Shown here in pieces: positions 40,801 through 53,646 of a DNA stretch of 64,000 nucleotides. Position 1 is the stretch's first letter; each line of letters starts with the position of its first letter. Under the pieces are notes generated by a model. The model worked only from the letters and a program-made list of their open reading frames with translations, was not told the DNA's origin and did no database searches. Both the position numbers and the translations under genes were made by a program. This DNA comes from Antedon mediterranea (taxonomy: Eukaryota; Animalia; Echinodermata), in assembly GCF_964355755.1 (NCBI RefSeq), contig NC_092677.1, positions 3,122,101 to 3,186,100 of the forward strand. Reading direction: 5' to 3'.

Positions 40801-42745
40801 TGTCACATACCTACTGAAGCGTGTCACATGCCCGCTGAAGCGTGTCGCATACCTACTGAAGCGGGTCAAATACCCACTGAAGCATGTCAGTTACCAACGT
40901 CTAGTGACAACAGTACCAAGATGGTGTACTCGATCACCGTGACGTCACCTATGGTACACACCACCAATGTACACGCTAACATACAACACGTCCAATCAAT
41001 TTATCCACAGGTCACCCTTGACAACCAAAGGCAACATAACAGAGCAGGTAAATATGTATTTCAACCATGGAACCATCATCATATTGTAGTTCAACAAAAC
41101 AGAAAGCATATAAAGATGAAAAATTATTAATAGGTCAATTGATTTTGTTGAGTCAGTTTTGAATACTGCATGTATGCCAACATATTAATATTCACTTCTC
41201 ACATTCATATATAAATAATTTAAATTCCGTTATTGGGATATATTTTTCGGGTGATTAAACGATTATGCAGATATTTTATATGCCACGTAATGCAAGACTA
41301 AAGGATGATGTAATAGAAGGCTGTGTTGTTATCCTAAACGTCTTTTATCTCGCGATGATATGTAAAATAAATCTCATTACTATCCTATTTCATTCTTCAT
41401 AAATTTAGCCTCAAGTCATAGCCACCTCTGACGTAAAAAGAAATAGTTTAGTAATTGGTAACAACTTGGGGAGTCTCATTTTATCCCAGGTTGTATTTCT
41501 TTTTGATAACATTATACACAGTAACTACCTAAGTTATTGTTGAAAAGTTATCATAGCAAACCAAAATATGTAATATCATGTATAAATGTAATTTTTTTTT
41601 AAACATGAAGATGTCAATAAGTAAATTTTATGAAATAATAATGACAGTTTGGATAATAAACTTTCCAAATTTCAGTTTAATTTCTTTCTTTTCTTACAAA
41701 AAAAAACCCCCCAAAACAATAAAGATACAGATGAAACATTACCTCCTAGATAGAGGTAATAAATGACGAAGGTATCTATAATTAATAAGTCCAGGTATAG
41801 TAATGCTGTTATACATTAAAACATGAGATATAGGCCTATTATAAGCCATTAGATTGTACCATGATTATCTACTCTATAAATTTTGTTTACTCCAAAATGA
41901 GATGAGGCACGAGTCTTAATGGAGTCAATACATGATGTTAATAATTATTTCTCTTTTTTGTTAGAAGGAGTTGCCACTTCTCCAAGAGGTAATACCAAGA
42001 TGCTACCTCCAAGACCTACTAATGCCTGGTAAGAAATGAATGAATCTATACTTTTTGTATCTTTATCTCTTGTGTTTTACAACAAAAATCACATTTTTTC
42101 GCAACAAGCTAATGTAGTGGAACTGTAGTTTGGTGGTTAACATGCTTGCCTTCCAATCCCAAGGTCCATGGTTCAATCCTAACCTAGTGCCGGGGTTCAA
42201 TCCTGACCTAGTGCCAGGGTTGTAACTCACGAATTTCACTCCCTAAGCCTCAAATGAGACTTTGTTTATATATATATATATATATATATATTATTTGTGA
42301 CTGCCACAAAGTACATTAAATTGGCTGGCTCGTTATACCTATATATATATAGTCCTAAACAATTACATTTTGATCCATATAGGATAGCCATAACCCCAAA
42401 ACGTGACCCAATTTTGATAAGCCCACTGGAACTTATATATTATACAGGGAATAAATTAATTTCCTCTTTCGTTATTGTTTTGAAGGCCAGCATACAATCA
42501 GGCTATCTCGTCACATGTGATGTATAACGCACAGTTACAAGTAATGCCATACTCTACAACAGTAGCCAGCGATATGGTGGCGCCTGTCATCCAGGAATGG
42601 CTCAAGAAGCAAAGGCTGCATAAGTACAACACCCTCTTCCAGGGAATGACTGTAGAGCAAGTGAGTACAACCTATAGAGGGCAGTAGAATGTTATTATCA
42701 TTTTTAGACAATAGGTATCAATATCGACATTAAGATTTTTATAGT

Positions 42746-42816
<71 letters not shown>

Positions 42817-45800
42817 AATCGTCATAATTATCATATAATCATATTTATAATCATCATCATCTTCATAATTATCATAATCATCATCATCATAATCATCATA
42901 ATAATCATCATCATCATATTCATCATAATCATCATCATAATCATCATTATCATATCAATCATCATCATAATCATCATAATCTTCATTATCATAATAATCA
43001 TCAGCATAATAGTCATCATCATAATCATCTTCATAATCATCTTCATAATCAATATCATAATTATCATCATAATCTTTATCATATCATCTCATATTCTCTT
43101 TCACCATTTTATCTTTGAAATCAAGACTATTTGTTGTCTTCTCATTTTGTAGGTATTGAAGTTAAGTGAACAACAGATTGACTCATGGGATATAGTGACT
43201 GGGGCCAAAGGTCGTATCAAGACTCAATTAGAACAACTAAGGTAAGTTTAATATTTAATTTTCTTTGAAAATTCATAGTCATTTATTGGTTCCATATTAA
43301 AAATTAATAAATGATATTTTAAGAAATTAATTTTTTTTCCATTTGAAAATATGTTTTTAACATGTCATCCCTGAACGTAATATTTGTTAAATGACTTACT
43401 GAGATTTTTCAACCTATGGACAGAACTAGGTCACTGACTATTTATGATGTGTATTATATTTTATGGATGAATAACAATTTTTTTATATACAGAAAAAAGA
43501 AAAGTAGTTATAAATATAGTATGCTACAGTAGAAGCGGATACCTATGTGTCTCAAAGTATGCACTTAATAAAGATTTTTGCTGCATAGGGGTAATGTTAA
43601 AACATAGGTTGCCCTTCATTCATTCATTTTTAACAAAGAGAGTGAGTAGCCGAGTGGTTGAGACAGTGGAACCGTAATTACATAGCGATAACATCATCAG
43701 AAGGTCGCTCACTTGCTCGAATAAGGACTATAAACCATAGGTCCAGTGTACACATCTAGCTTTCGAGACAAGTAGGGAGTTACCCTGGTGTACTTGTACA
43801 TCACAGCCACTGATCACCAACTGGGCCCTCTGGGAGACCAGTCTTTACCTGAAGAGGTTACCCAGTATAAAGATATAATAACAAACAAACAAGGTTATAC
43901 TGAATAGCATAGTTAGTTTTATTAAGTATACTGTTTTCTTCCAGAAAAAATGGCTTTTCTGAATTGAATGGACTTTCGCAATCCATGCCACCATACTATC
44001 AAGTAGGAGGAGGAGGAGGAGGGCCAAACAGAATATACTACAGCCCTGTACATCCGGCAATGGAGTACCCACAACTACTGATGCACCAAACATGTGAGCC
44101 TACAAGTTCAGATGCCAGCTCTTCCAGCTCTGATGAAAATGAAAGGGGTAATGTTTTGTAATTTTTACATTTTGGTCAATTTGGTCAAATTCCAGAATTT
44201 GATTAAAACTGCAATAACTGCAAGTAAACTTTTGAAAATGTTTTTACTGACAAAATTTAACAAATTAATATGTTTTTAACAGTTTAGATTAGAACCCCTA
44301 TTAAAGGGAAACCTTCACGACCTAACAAAGTGTCCCTCGTGTGTTCAAATATAAATTTCTTTTCCTCATTAAGTGTCCCAGTGTAGGGGTATGATATTTA
44401 ACTCGCCCAGGTAGGAGCAATTCAATTCCCCTCAAATAGTGCTCTACCATAATAATTATTTTGTAAACTTGTTTTTATTGCCTGTTTGTACTTACTAGAC
44501 TCGGAAGGAAGTGAGCATTCAGTACAAGAAACCAGTTTAGCTTGCAGTGTGTCTATCGTTTCCACCACCAATGATATAACCACTGGACATGCACCAGAAC
44601 ACAATATAGGAACTTTGCAAACACCCGACCTAACCACTACTAATGTCTCCCCAGGTGCTAGCCCACAGTTGAGCCCTATACAACACACCTTGAATGCCCC
44701 TGTTAACGATGAAAATGTGCTCAAAATGAACATGGTTAGTCCGGACTCAAACAGTGGACAGACATTTAGTAAATTAACTGAGTGTAAAAAACCAATGGAT
44801 TGTGCTCAAGGAAAACTTGTTAATAACAAAATACCTGTTTATAGTAATAACATGGAGTATAGACTGAATCCTGCATCTTTAGTGATAGAAGATACAAGAT
44901 ACCCATGTTATACGGAAGGACTAAATCGTGGGCCACCAGTTGGATGTGTGACTAATTCCGGGCATGTAAACAGGGTGGATATTACGTTTGGAAATGTGCC
45001 AATTTCACTCGCGTCGCCTTGTGGGCGGACCAGCGACATGCAGCAGCAAATGGTATCAGGTGCGGTCGGCTCAAATATGCCAATGGAAAATACACCGTAC
45101 TGCGTTGCACGGACAATGTATTCTTCTCTTTCGTCTCAAAACGCTTACCCAACGAGTAGTCAGCATCAGAATCGGGCAAGCTCAGAGACTTATATCGCTC
45201 CGACGACGGTGACGTTCTCAACGACAACTGCACCTGTTCTGGCACTTGGAAATAATAGCACATATAGCAATGAAAGTACGTTAGGTGTTACATACAATAA
45301 CAATCAGCCTACTTATGGTGCAAACTCTGTACTTGCATGTACAACGTGTAACTCTACCATGCCATGCGCTAACGTCCCTCCACACAGTAATCTTCACGTT
45401 CCCTATAACAGTTATGTACCGCAGGGTGCTGTCACGTACCAGAATTTTAATAACTATTACCACCAAGGTGGAATGATACCACCAAATAGTATATTGAACC
45501 AAGGAATACCAAGCAGTCCGCGGTACAGTAACGTTCCTCCGCCACCATTCCAAAATAATTTACCCGGCGAGTTGACCGCATACGGAAACGGCCACTATGG
45601 ACTTATGCACCAGCATGGAACTATGTATGTTGGTATGGGTATAGCTGGACATAGGCCTGGACCGGCTGCAGCCCATCATGGACATTTAAGCAATCCTGGA
45701 ATGGTCAGTACTAAGAAACTGACATGTTATAACTGTGGCTTACAAGGTCATAGGGCATCTGAATGTCGGGAACAGGGTATGCAATCTTTAACGCAACAAA

Positions 45801-46497
45801 GTAAGTATATTTCTTTATTATCAATCCCCTTATTTGGAATGAAATAAATGGTATACAATTTAGTTTTCAGTATTTTATGGCCTACCATTGCCCATATGTA
45901 AGAACATAAATTATTACTTGGTCAAGTATAGTACTTCCTTTATTTGTTTGCTTGTTAGCATGATAGCATCTACAATACAAGTTATTAAGTTTTTCGGTGT
46001 AAATAGGTATATCCTTGCAGAATATGCCTATTGAAATTCAAGAAAATTGGTTCTTTAATAACTTCACAAATAAAAAAATATTTTATTTTTATTATTTCAA
46101 TGTGGGCCAAAATATCAACATGCGTCTTCAAGTACTTCACTCAGTTTCTGAGTTATTTCATTGTTATTTTTTTTCTTGAATTTTGTTTGTTACCTTTCTT
46201 TTTTTCTGAGTCCTATTAAAACAAGTATCAACTTCTATCTAGTGACCATGATAATAATAGTTCTACTATTTATTTTTTTCTTTGCATTTGTATATTTTGT
46301 TATGTCATCATTATCTAAGATGTTTATGAAATTGAATTGAAATTTCTTCAATGTAGGCCTATGGAGTTTTTTAATTTACATATATTGTTGCACAGATCTT
46401 GTTTAGATTTTCACAATTTTGTTTCATTTGTTTTATTTCAGGTCAGTACAATATGAATTTTAAACCAGTAGATCAATGTGATACAACAACAAGCTAA
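19392..46497 (+). CDS. ZCCHC14: Zinc finger CCHC domain-containing protein 14 (SAM + CCHC RNA-binding, TENT4 cofactor family), ~1111 aa, 14 coding exons
   Basis: Exons 19392-19880, 21669-21765, 31707-31777, 33724-33795, 34253-34313, 38726-38801, 39453-39598, 40613-41047, 41965-42028, 42486-42660, 43153-43241, 43945-44147, 44499-45800 and 46442-46497 splice into one open frame (3336 nt including stop). Motifs: N-terminal [27 protein letters not shown], PX-like ITWSDNSVTSVSK, SAM EWLKKQRLHKY...TGAKGRIKTQLE, knuckle CYNCGLQGHRASEC. The SAM domain favours ZCCHC14 over ZCCHC2. Confidence 0.9.
21950..22380. repeat. 101-bp tandem repeat (dimeric ~50-bp subunits), ~3-4 copies
   Basis: cacaatacctgtatcatatcaggca at 22021, 22122 and 22223. 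Confidence 0.85.
23430..23780. mobile_element. MITE family A, two tandem copies
   Basis: aagctctgtctacactatcaaac ... agtgtacacagagctt, followed by a second partial copy with catatcactaccatatttggg units. Confidence 0.7.
24892..25517. mobile_element. Non-autonomous DNA transposon, Kolobok-like
   Basis: TTAA on both sides (24888-24891, 25518-25521); imperfect TIR agccccattccctac / gcagggaaggggtct with AG..CT termini. Confidence 0.65.
29303..31045. mobile_element. Non-autonomous DNA transposon with 15-bp TIRs and 5-bp TSD, nested in a family A MITE
   Basis: CTACGCTCGCGCTAA ... TTAGCGCGAGCGTAG flanked by AATAT direct repeats; subterminal ttcgccaa/ttggcga motifs at both ends. Confidence 0.8.
32440..32777. 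mobile_element. MITE with ~53-bp TIRs and TAA TSD
   Basis: tgcacttgtcaattgtatgacccactatacgacccccgggagaggtgcatca ... tgacgcacctctcccgggggtcatatagtgggtcatacaattgacaagtgca, with TAA on both sides. Confidence 0.8.
34716..35635. mobile_element. Non-autonomous PIF/Harbinger-like transposon
   Basis: TIR gggtctgtttctgctga / tcagcagaaacaggccc, TTA TSD, subterminal taatcg(a/g)tt repeats. Confidence 0.8.
37709..38568. mobile_element. Non-autonomous Tc1/mariner superfamily (pogo/Tc2-like) transposon
   Basis: TIR cggtatatttcggtgtataagtcgcac / gtgcgacttatacaccgaaatatacgg with TA on both sides. Confidence 0.8.
38984..39119. mobile_element. MITE family A copy
   Basis: tctgtttacactatcaaactagtttgac ... agtttaatagtgtagacagagctt. 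Confidence 0.7.
39978..40370. repeat. 27-bp AT-rich minisatellite, ~14 copies
   Basis: (tattgtattaattaatgctaattataa)n; source of the spurious VLINANYNI ORF. Confidence 0.9.
42122..42270 (+). mobile_element. SINE family 2 copy (3' truncated, followed by (TA)n)
   Basis: tcccaaggtccatggttcaatcctaacctagtgccggggttcaatcctgacctagtgcc ... ccctaagcctcaaatgagactt. Confidence 0.7.
42486..43241 (+). CDS. ZCCHC14: ZCCHC14 SAM-domain exons (42486-42660 and 43153-43241)
   Basis: EWLKKQRLHKYNTLFQGMTVEQ|VLKLSEQQIDSWDIVTGAKGRIKTQLEQLR, a Smaug/Vts1-type SAM signature; phase-0 junction. Missed by the ORF track. Confidence 0.9.
42748..43085. repeat. (CAT)n microsatellite, pure then degenerate
   Basis: Directly visible; lies in the intron that splits the SAM domain. 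Confidence 0.9.
43639..43875 (+). mobile_element. tRNA-derived SINE family 1 (internally deleted copy)
   Basis: gagtgagtagccgagtggttgagacagtggaaccgtaatta ... tgatcaccaactgggccctctgggagaccagtcttt matches the reverse complement of 7145-7457. Confidence 0.75.
44499..45800 (+). CDS. ZCCHC14: ZCCHC14 large low-complexity exon ending in the CCHC zinc knuckle
   Basis: ORF 44486..45847; acceptor tactag, donor A|gtaagt; CX2CX4HX4C motif CYNCGLQGHRASEC. Confidence 0.9.
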
Positions 46498-46607
46498 TAA
46501 TGCATCCATCCTGCTAGCATTATTTTTACCTTACTAATATAAAAAATAATATTTAAAAAATAACTTGAAAAATGTCTTGAATATGAATGCTCTTCAGTGA
46601 CAAAGTT

Positions 46608-47095
46608 TGTGCCATCATTGCGAAAGAGAGTTCCAACGTTACAGTGAAGGAACAAATGTCATTGTGTCGTGCCATCATTGCAAAAGGGATTTCCAAAGTC
46701 ACATTGAAGGAACAAATGTCATTGGGTTGTGCCATCATTGTGTTTTGCCATCATTGCAAAAGGGATTTCCAAAGTCACAGTGAAGGAACAAATGTCATTG
46801 TGTCGTGCCATCATTGCAAAAGGGATTTCCAAAGTCACATTGAAGGAACAAATGTCATTGGGTTGTGCCATCATTGTGTTTTGCCATCATTGCAAAAGGG
46901 ATTTCCAAAGTCACATTGAAGGAACAAATGTCATTGGGTTGTGCCATCATTGTGTTTTGCCATCATTGCAAAAGGGATTTCCAAAGTCACATTGAAGGAA
47001 CAAATGTCATTGGGTTGTGCCATCATTGCAAAAGGGATTTCCAAAGTCACATTGAAGGAACAAATGTCATTGGGTTGTGCCATCATTGCAAAAAG
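46608..47095. repeat. 60-bp tandem repeat with interspersed 16-bp partial units, downstream of the ZCCHC14 stop
   Basis: gccatcattgcaaaagggatttccaaagtcacattgaaggaacaaatgtcattgggttgt, ~7 copies. Confidence 0.9.
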
Positions 47096-47474
47096 ATAAT
47101 TAAAAACTTGTAGTAAAGGAACAGGGCAGCAGTCTGTATGTTATTCTGTCTGTTGCTCTGTTTTGGCAAAAGAGGGTGTCAATGTTTAGTACAATTTTGT
47201 TACAAGAAAGTTACGAAGATTGTCATAGTTATTGGTAAAGATAATTATGTTGTGCCTTTGTTCCTAAAGAGGGCTTCAAAATATTGGCAAAATTATCTTG
47301 GCTGTTTGTTATTGTTTGAAGAAAGTTTTGAAGTTTGGAATGGTTGCAAAATAAGTTTGACAAAGTGATGATAATGGAATGTCATTGTCAGTGTGTCATT
47401 GTTCCAAAAAAAAACAGTTACTATTGTAAGATTCAAGAAGAGCAATTACACTCTGTTGTCATTTTCTATCAATG

Positions 47475-47660
47475 ATGCAAGAGACAGCTGCAAGAGAGAG
47501 CTGCTAGAGACAGTTGCAGTAGAGAGCTGCAACAGACAACTGTAACCGAGAACTGCAAGAGACAGCTGCAGCAGAAAGTTTTAACAGATAGCTGTAATAG
47601 AGAGCTGCAACAAGACACCTGCAACAGAGAGCTGCAAGAGACAGCTGCAACAGAGAGCTT
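47475..47660. repeat. Degenerate ~14-bp repeat (agctgcaagagac)
   Basis: Directly visible. Confidence 0.75.
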
Positions 47661-49493
47661 GGTGATTACTATGGTGCTTATTTCAGAGACTGATTGTTTC
47701 TAAACACAGCATGATTTATCTTTAAAGATGTGTAAATAATGTTTATATTATAAAAGTAAGTATTTCCTACCTAATGTTTTAATAATGTTGAGAGACTCGC
47801 GAGTGACCAGTGCATCAAGGTCAAAGGTCAGTTGAAGCACAATGTTTGATTTTTTTCTAATGATGTACCAAATATGTATAGATAATTAAGAAAGTCAATG
47901 ATTGTTACAGTATAATTTAAGCTATGTGAACATTGAGGGCAGTATGACTTTAACATTGAGGGCAGTACCACTTTCAAGTTGAGGGCAGTAACACTATAAT
48001 CAACATCTACAGGAAATATCTCAAATGTGTTACAATATTGTTGTCTCTACTAATTACTACTACTTAATCTAAATGATGATGATAAAATATTCACGGTGAT
48101 AATTAATGAATAACTTTTCCAAAATAGTACTTAAAATGTTTAGCTTGTCCTCCTGGTGGGTGGTTGGTGAGTCAGTCGGTCGATATACTCATTACTGTTC
48201 TTGTGTGCTTCTACATGCTATCAGATTTCTTATCTGCAGGATAAATATTAATTATAGTTATACCATTTCGGCAGCGCCTAATAGTATGCAGGAAAATACT
48301 ATGCTGTTAAAATGAGCTTCTTGCCCTTTTTCTAAATACGTTTCTGTCTTTTTTTATTTTTATACCTACAGTAAGGGTCCATTTTAAATTCATGTCCATA
48401 GTCAGGAATGCTATACTAAACGTCCGTAACATAAATCACATACACAACATATAGAGCCAAATTTGTTTAGGCTGTTCAGTTTTGAAGATCAAATGTAGTG
48501 AGAATGGCAATTATACGTGCGATAAGCGTTTTGTAGGATACAGTACTTGGTGTTATGCTCAGACTGATCATGTGACAATGCAAAGAGAAGTGGGCGGGGC
48601 TTTGAACTGTGCTAAGGTGAAAATGATTTATTTTTTTGTATCATCTCCATTTGAAAATACTAAAATTGCAATACATCGCTCTTGGTGTACTTGTTGGTTG
48701 TGGGGGGTAGGGTAGAGGGCAGAGTGTGGGGGAGGGGGGTGCTCGTTGGTGATATTATCAAACGCTACCAAACAATATCAAATAATGAGGGCACCAAGAG
48801 ATTAGATTGTGTTTTAACACATTCCTCTCTGTAGAAATTAAATTGAGTACAAGATGTATTATTTTAAAGTTACATTTTAAGGCAATATTATATTATAAGA
48901 ACCTCTAATAAACAATAGTGGTGCTGTACTTGGTATAATAATTTCTCGTGGACGTTTTTTTTTTTTTTTAATCTGCAATAAAACATACTGTATTAAATTC
49001 ATAATCAGGACAAATCAGTAATTACATTACAACTCTCAAAAAGTCAATCAATATATTTTGTCAGATTCAGTTTTCGTACAATACTACCGGTGCTATAACG
49101 CAAACATTTTTGTTTATTATATGATATTTAGATTTTATTTTATAGGTCTTATTTTCACAGTATATGGAAATTAACCACCTTGTGTTTTCAGAACTATATT
49201 TTGTTTTTATCTAATATGTCATGCATATAAATATATATACATAATTATTATATATTTACTCATGTAATTGTATAATGGGGTATACTCATGTATACCTACC
49301 CAAATGTATTTTTTACCTTGTTAGAGCGTTCCTCCGTGGTTAGAGGGAGTTGTGTAACTATTTTAAACTCTATCGCACAGATTTTAATCTGTGATATTAT
49401 GAAGAAAGGGGTTACAAATTATTTGGTGATAAAATTTTAGTTTCTTGTTAATTGATAAATGCTCTTTAAGAAGAGAACCAGTTTGTTAAAACT

Positions 49494-49856
49494 TCTAGGG
49501 TGTGTCCCTTCTAGGGTGTGTACCTTCTAAGGTGTGTCCCTTCTTGGGTGTACCTTCAAGGGTGTGTACCTTCTAGGGTGTGTACCTTCGAGGGTGTGTA
49601 CCTTCGAGGGCGTGTACCTTCGAGGGCGTGTACCTTTGAGGGCGTGTACCTTCGAGGGCGTTTACTTTCAAGGGCGTTTACTTTCAAGGGCGTGTCCATT
49701 CTTATGTGTGTACCTTTTAGGGTGTGTCCCTTCTTGGGTGTGTCCCTTCTTGGGTGTGTACCTTCAAGGGGGTGTACCTTCTATGGTGTGTACCTTCTAG
49801 GGTGTGTCCATTATTATGTGTGTACCTTTTAGGGTGTGTACCTTCTAGGGAGTGTA
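49494..49856. repeat. 16-bp minisatellite (agggtgtgtaccttct), ~22 copies
   Basis: Directly visible; source of several spurious ORFs. Confidence 0.9.
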
Positions 49857-50678
49857 ACTTAATCTGGTTCACTTTTGGCCATTTTTTTTTTCAGATTTCT
49901 TCACTGCATGCTGATCCTAACGCTCCTAATATTGGAAACTTTAATAGCGTTGATGATATTTTCTATATTTTGGTTTGTGTAGTTTGGCTTACATTGTAAT
50001 AAACAATGCATACTCTTATATGACATGAATTTAAGTAGCATTTATTTATTTTTTTTTTTTTTAAACCATAAATTGCGATAACTGTCAATTTTCACTTTAC
50101 TTCGTTCTGTCTTGATATAAATTCTACGTTTATATATTTGCTGTGATATTTACTACATTAATAATCATGGTAGAAATTTATTTTATAATAGATATTTGAA
50201 ATAATATTTATTTTATGTTGCATTACAGATTGGTGACATCATATTCACAGATAAGACTTCTCCCTGGTTTTTCCATTTTTTGTTAAATTGCATTTTTGTG
50301 TGAAATATGCATCTAACTAGGTTACTACTTATTTATATCTACTAAATGTCATTACATTAGTTAAATAATGTTTATTAAGCCGACACTGCAATTTTAATTC
50401 ATTAGGGTGCTGTTTTTCCCAAGTTATAGCAGTGAAGTACTATGGAATAATATTGTAAACGTGGTTCCCTTAACTGATTGTTTAGAAATACATTAATAAT
50501 GTTATGATAATATAAAATTAACATTATATTATGCAAACATTACATTTTTCATAAAATCTTCTGTTTTAAATCAAATTTTTAAAAAGTTTTCTTAGTTTAA
50601 TATGCAACCTTTTTTGTTTTTTAATTTAAACAGATTTAAAATGAAATGTTAGAATCATGATTGGCTCTGAGGTGGTCA

Positions 50679-51060
50679 TTATGCAAATTTAGCATATTAT
50701 ACTACTTTAGCATATTATGCAAATTAAGCATATGCAAATTTAGCATATTATGTAAATTTAGCATATTGTGCAAATTTATCATATTATTAATTAATATTAA
50801 TATTTGTCCTCAGTGAGGAAATTCGGATTAGGCCCTCCACGGACCCACGGCAGCCAGCAGTGCAGCGCCTACCAGATTAGGCAATATTATGCTAATTTAG
50901 CATATGCTAATTTAGCATATTATGCTAATTTAGCATATTATGCTAATTTAGCATATTATGCTAATTTAGCATATGCTAATTTAGCATATTATGCTAATTT
51001 CGCATATAATGCTAATTTAGCATATAATGCTAATTTAGCATATAATGCTAATTTATCATT
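50679..51060. repeat. Two arrays of palindromic ATGC(A/T)AATTTAGCAT units around a GC-rich core
   Basis: Arrays at ~50679-50785 and ~50886-51058. Confidence 0.85.
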
Positions 51061-52784
51061 TGGCTACACTGCCTGCCCGCCATGATCACCACCAGCATCA
51101 TATGTACTTTATAGGGACTACATTTTTGCTTGGGTCCACATTAAATATCGCAGGTGGTTCATATGTATGCTAATATTACAGGTGGTTAACTTATTCAAAT
51201 TGTTGTATTATTATTATTTGCATTAGGGCCTATGTTGTGAATATCTTTAATAGAATGTTTAGCAGGGTGTTTTTTAAAATGATGGTTAAACATCATTATA
51301 TTATTCTACAATATATTTAGTTCAAATTAAGGATGTCCGAGCCTTGGTTCTATAAAATATTTCTATCCATGGTTTTAATGCATATATGTGTTTTATCTTT
51401 AAAACATTGTGTTTTAGTGTGTGACCAGCCCCTTACTACTAAGAACGAACCTTTTTAGAAAAGATGTTTATATTTGTTGTTTACTCTTTTAAGTACCAAA
51501 GTTATACCATATTATATAAGAAGTTTGTTTTTGAATCGTAAGACTTAATTAATCGAAGCCTGTACTTTATTTTAAAACATGTTTATATTTTTGTTCTTTC
51601 CCGGCAATTTCCCATCTTGTTCGGTTTTTTAGTTTGATGATATTTTTATTTAGTGAAAAGTAAAAAGAGGTATGTATATTGAATGCCGCCCAGGCAAATG
51701 TAGATATTATATAAAATGAGTATTTTAAACAACAAAAAGTGTAAGTACATGTAATAATATTTGCAATTTATAAGTCGTGATGAGAAGTGTGCTTAGGACT
51801 TAAGGCCAATAACAACTCGTTATACTGTATAGCGCCCGCTATTGGCCAAGAAATAATAATACAGTAATATTGTCAGTACTAAACCATTCTGAAGTCCATA
51901 TAAGGAAAATGGTTTCAGTCACGTGCAAATGTCCATCAATAGTGGACTGGTCCTGTCACGTTTTAGCTTTACTGACGTAAAACTAACGTAATTCTATGAA
52001 ATAACGACCGCAGCTCATATCTAGCCTAAGTACGTAACACTTTTTAGGAAAATGCTCCATTTGTACAGCGTATCGGTTCATCATGATTTGTTTAAATGCC
52101 TAACAAGTTGAAAATAATATTATGTTGTCAGCTTCTTATGTTGTGTCTTGTTTAGTAAATAATTACTTTGCTTGCTAAGCGCGCTTCTCAACAGGAACGT
52201 TAAAAAAATAATTTACTAAATAGTGCCCGGATGTCGAAGAAATAGTACCAAGACCTCTCGTCGGTATATGCCGCGCGGTGTATTTGATCATTTGCGAAAC
52301 GATTTCTTATCAACGTTAATCTGCTTGCGTCGTGATTGGTCGAATTACTTGCGTCGTTGGGAACCAAAATACAGTACTGTGCGCAGCTAAAAGACGTACA
52401 CGTAACGCACGTAAGATCATGATTAAAATAAAACGTTTCATTCAGCTTTATATTACCAAAGTATTATTATTATATTCAAGTTTGACGACATTGTTTTTTT
52501 TACGTGTACCACCTTCTTATTCATGTCTAGGGCGGATCTAGACATTTTAAGAGGTAGGGGGTGGGGGGGGGGGATTGCCACAAGAAAAGGGACAAAGTAT
52601 TTGTTAAAATGTTACAATATGTCTTCATTTTCTGGCCTGTAAGTGACCTACTTTTTTGGGGGGGCCTATTGTAAATTTGCATACTTATTTCCTTCGTTCT
52701 TGGTGGTTGTCCTCTTAAATACTCCACAAGCAAGTCTGACAAAGAGGCAAACACATGCAACTTTACACACAGATACCCTTAGCA

Positions 52785-53520
52785 TAGTGGCTTAATAGTA
52801 CTAGCCTAGTAGTAATGTTTTATTTGTGTTATGTTTTAAAAGCAATATAATCTATAAAAACGGATTCTCTTATCAATAATAAAAACAATTTACTTAATAT
52901 TTTAATTCAGACAACATGATAAAGATGGCATAGTAATTATAAATGCATTAAACGTCACGTGATATTCTATTCGTCTGAATTATACATAATTGCTTAGTGG
53001 TACTAGCCTACTAGAATAATGCAGTATAATCTATAAAAACGGATTCTCTTATCAATAATAAAAACAATGACTTAATAATTTAATTCAGACAACATGATAA
53101 AGATGGTATAGTAATTAGAAATGCAATAAACATCACGTGATATTCTATTCGTCTGAATTATACATATTGCTTAGTGGTACTAGCCTAGTAATAATGCAGT
53201 ATAATCTATAAAAACGGATTCTCTTATCAATAATAAAAACAATGACTTAATAATTTAATTCAGACAACATGATAAAGATGGTATAGTAATTAGAAATGCA
53301 ATAAACATCACGTGATATTCTATTCGTCTGAATTATACATATTGCTTAGTGGTACTAGCCTAGTAATAATGCAGTATAATCTATAAAACGGGTTCTCTCA
53401 TCAATAATAAAAACAATGACTTAATAATTTAATTCAGACAACATGATAAAGATGGTATAGTAATTAGAAATGCATTAAACATCACGTGACATTATTCCAT
53501 TTGTCTGAATTATACATAGT
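52785..53520. repeat. ~176-bp tandem repeat, ~4 copies, upstream of the YWTD gene
   Basis: aatctataaaaacggattctcttatcaataataaaaacaat recurs at ~176-bp spacing; each unit carries cacgtg. Confidence 0.9.
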
Positions 53521-53646
53521 TATTCGTAGGCCTACTTCAATATTTGTTTTGGTAAAATCAACCATTTCCAACGTACACATACTTTGATGTGACGTATAAT
53601 CAACCATTTCTAGCGTATTACTTTACTGACTCAACTGAAGACAAAA

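Noticed and set aside
39942-43082. ORFs 39942..40265 and 42831..43082
   Set aside because: Translations of the 27-bp minisatellite and the (CAT)n microsatellite.
46553-49999. Cys/His-rich ORFs (CHHCKRDF, GCVPSR repeats) resembling zinc fingers
   Set aside because: All frames read through 60-bp and 16-bp tandem repeats; no splice or domain support.
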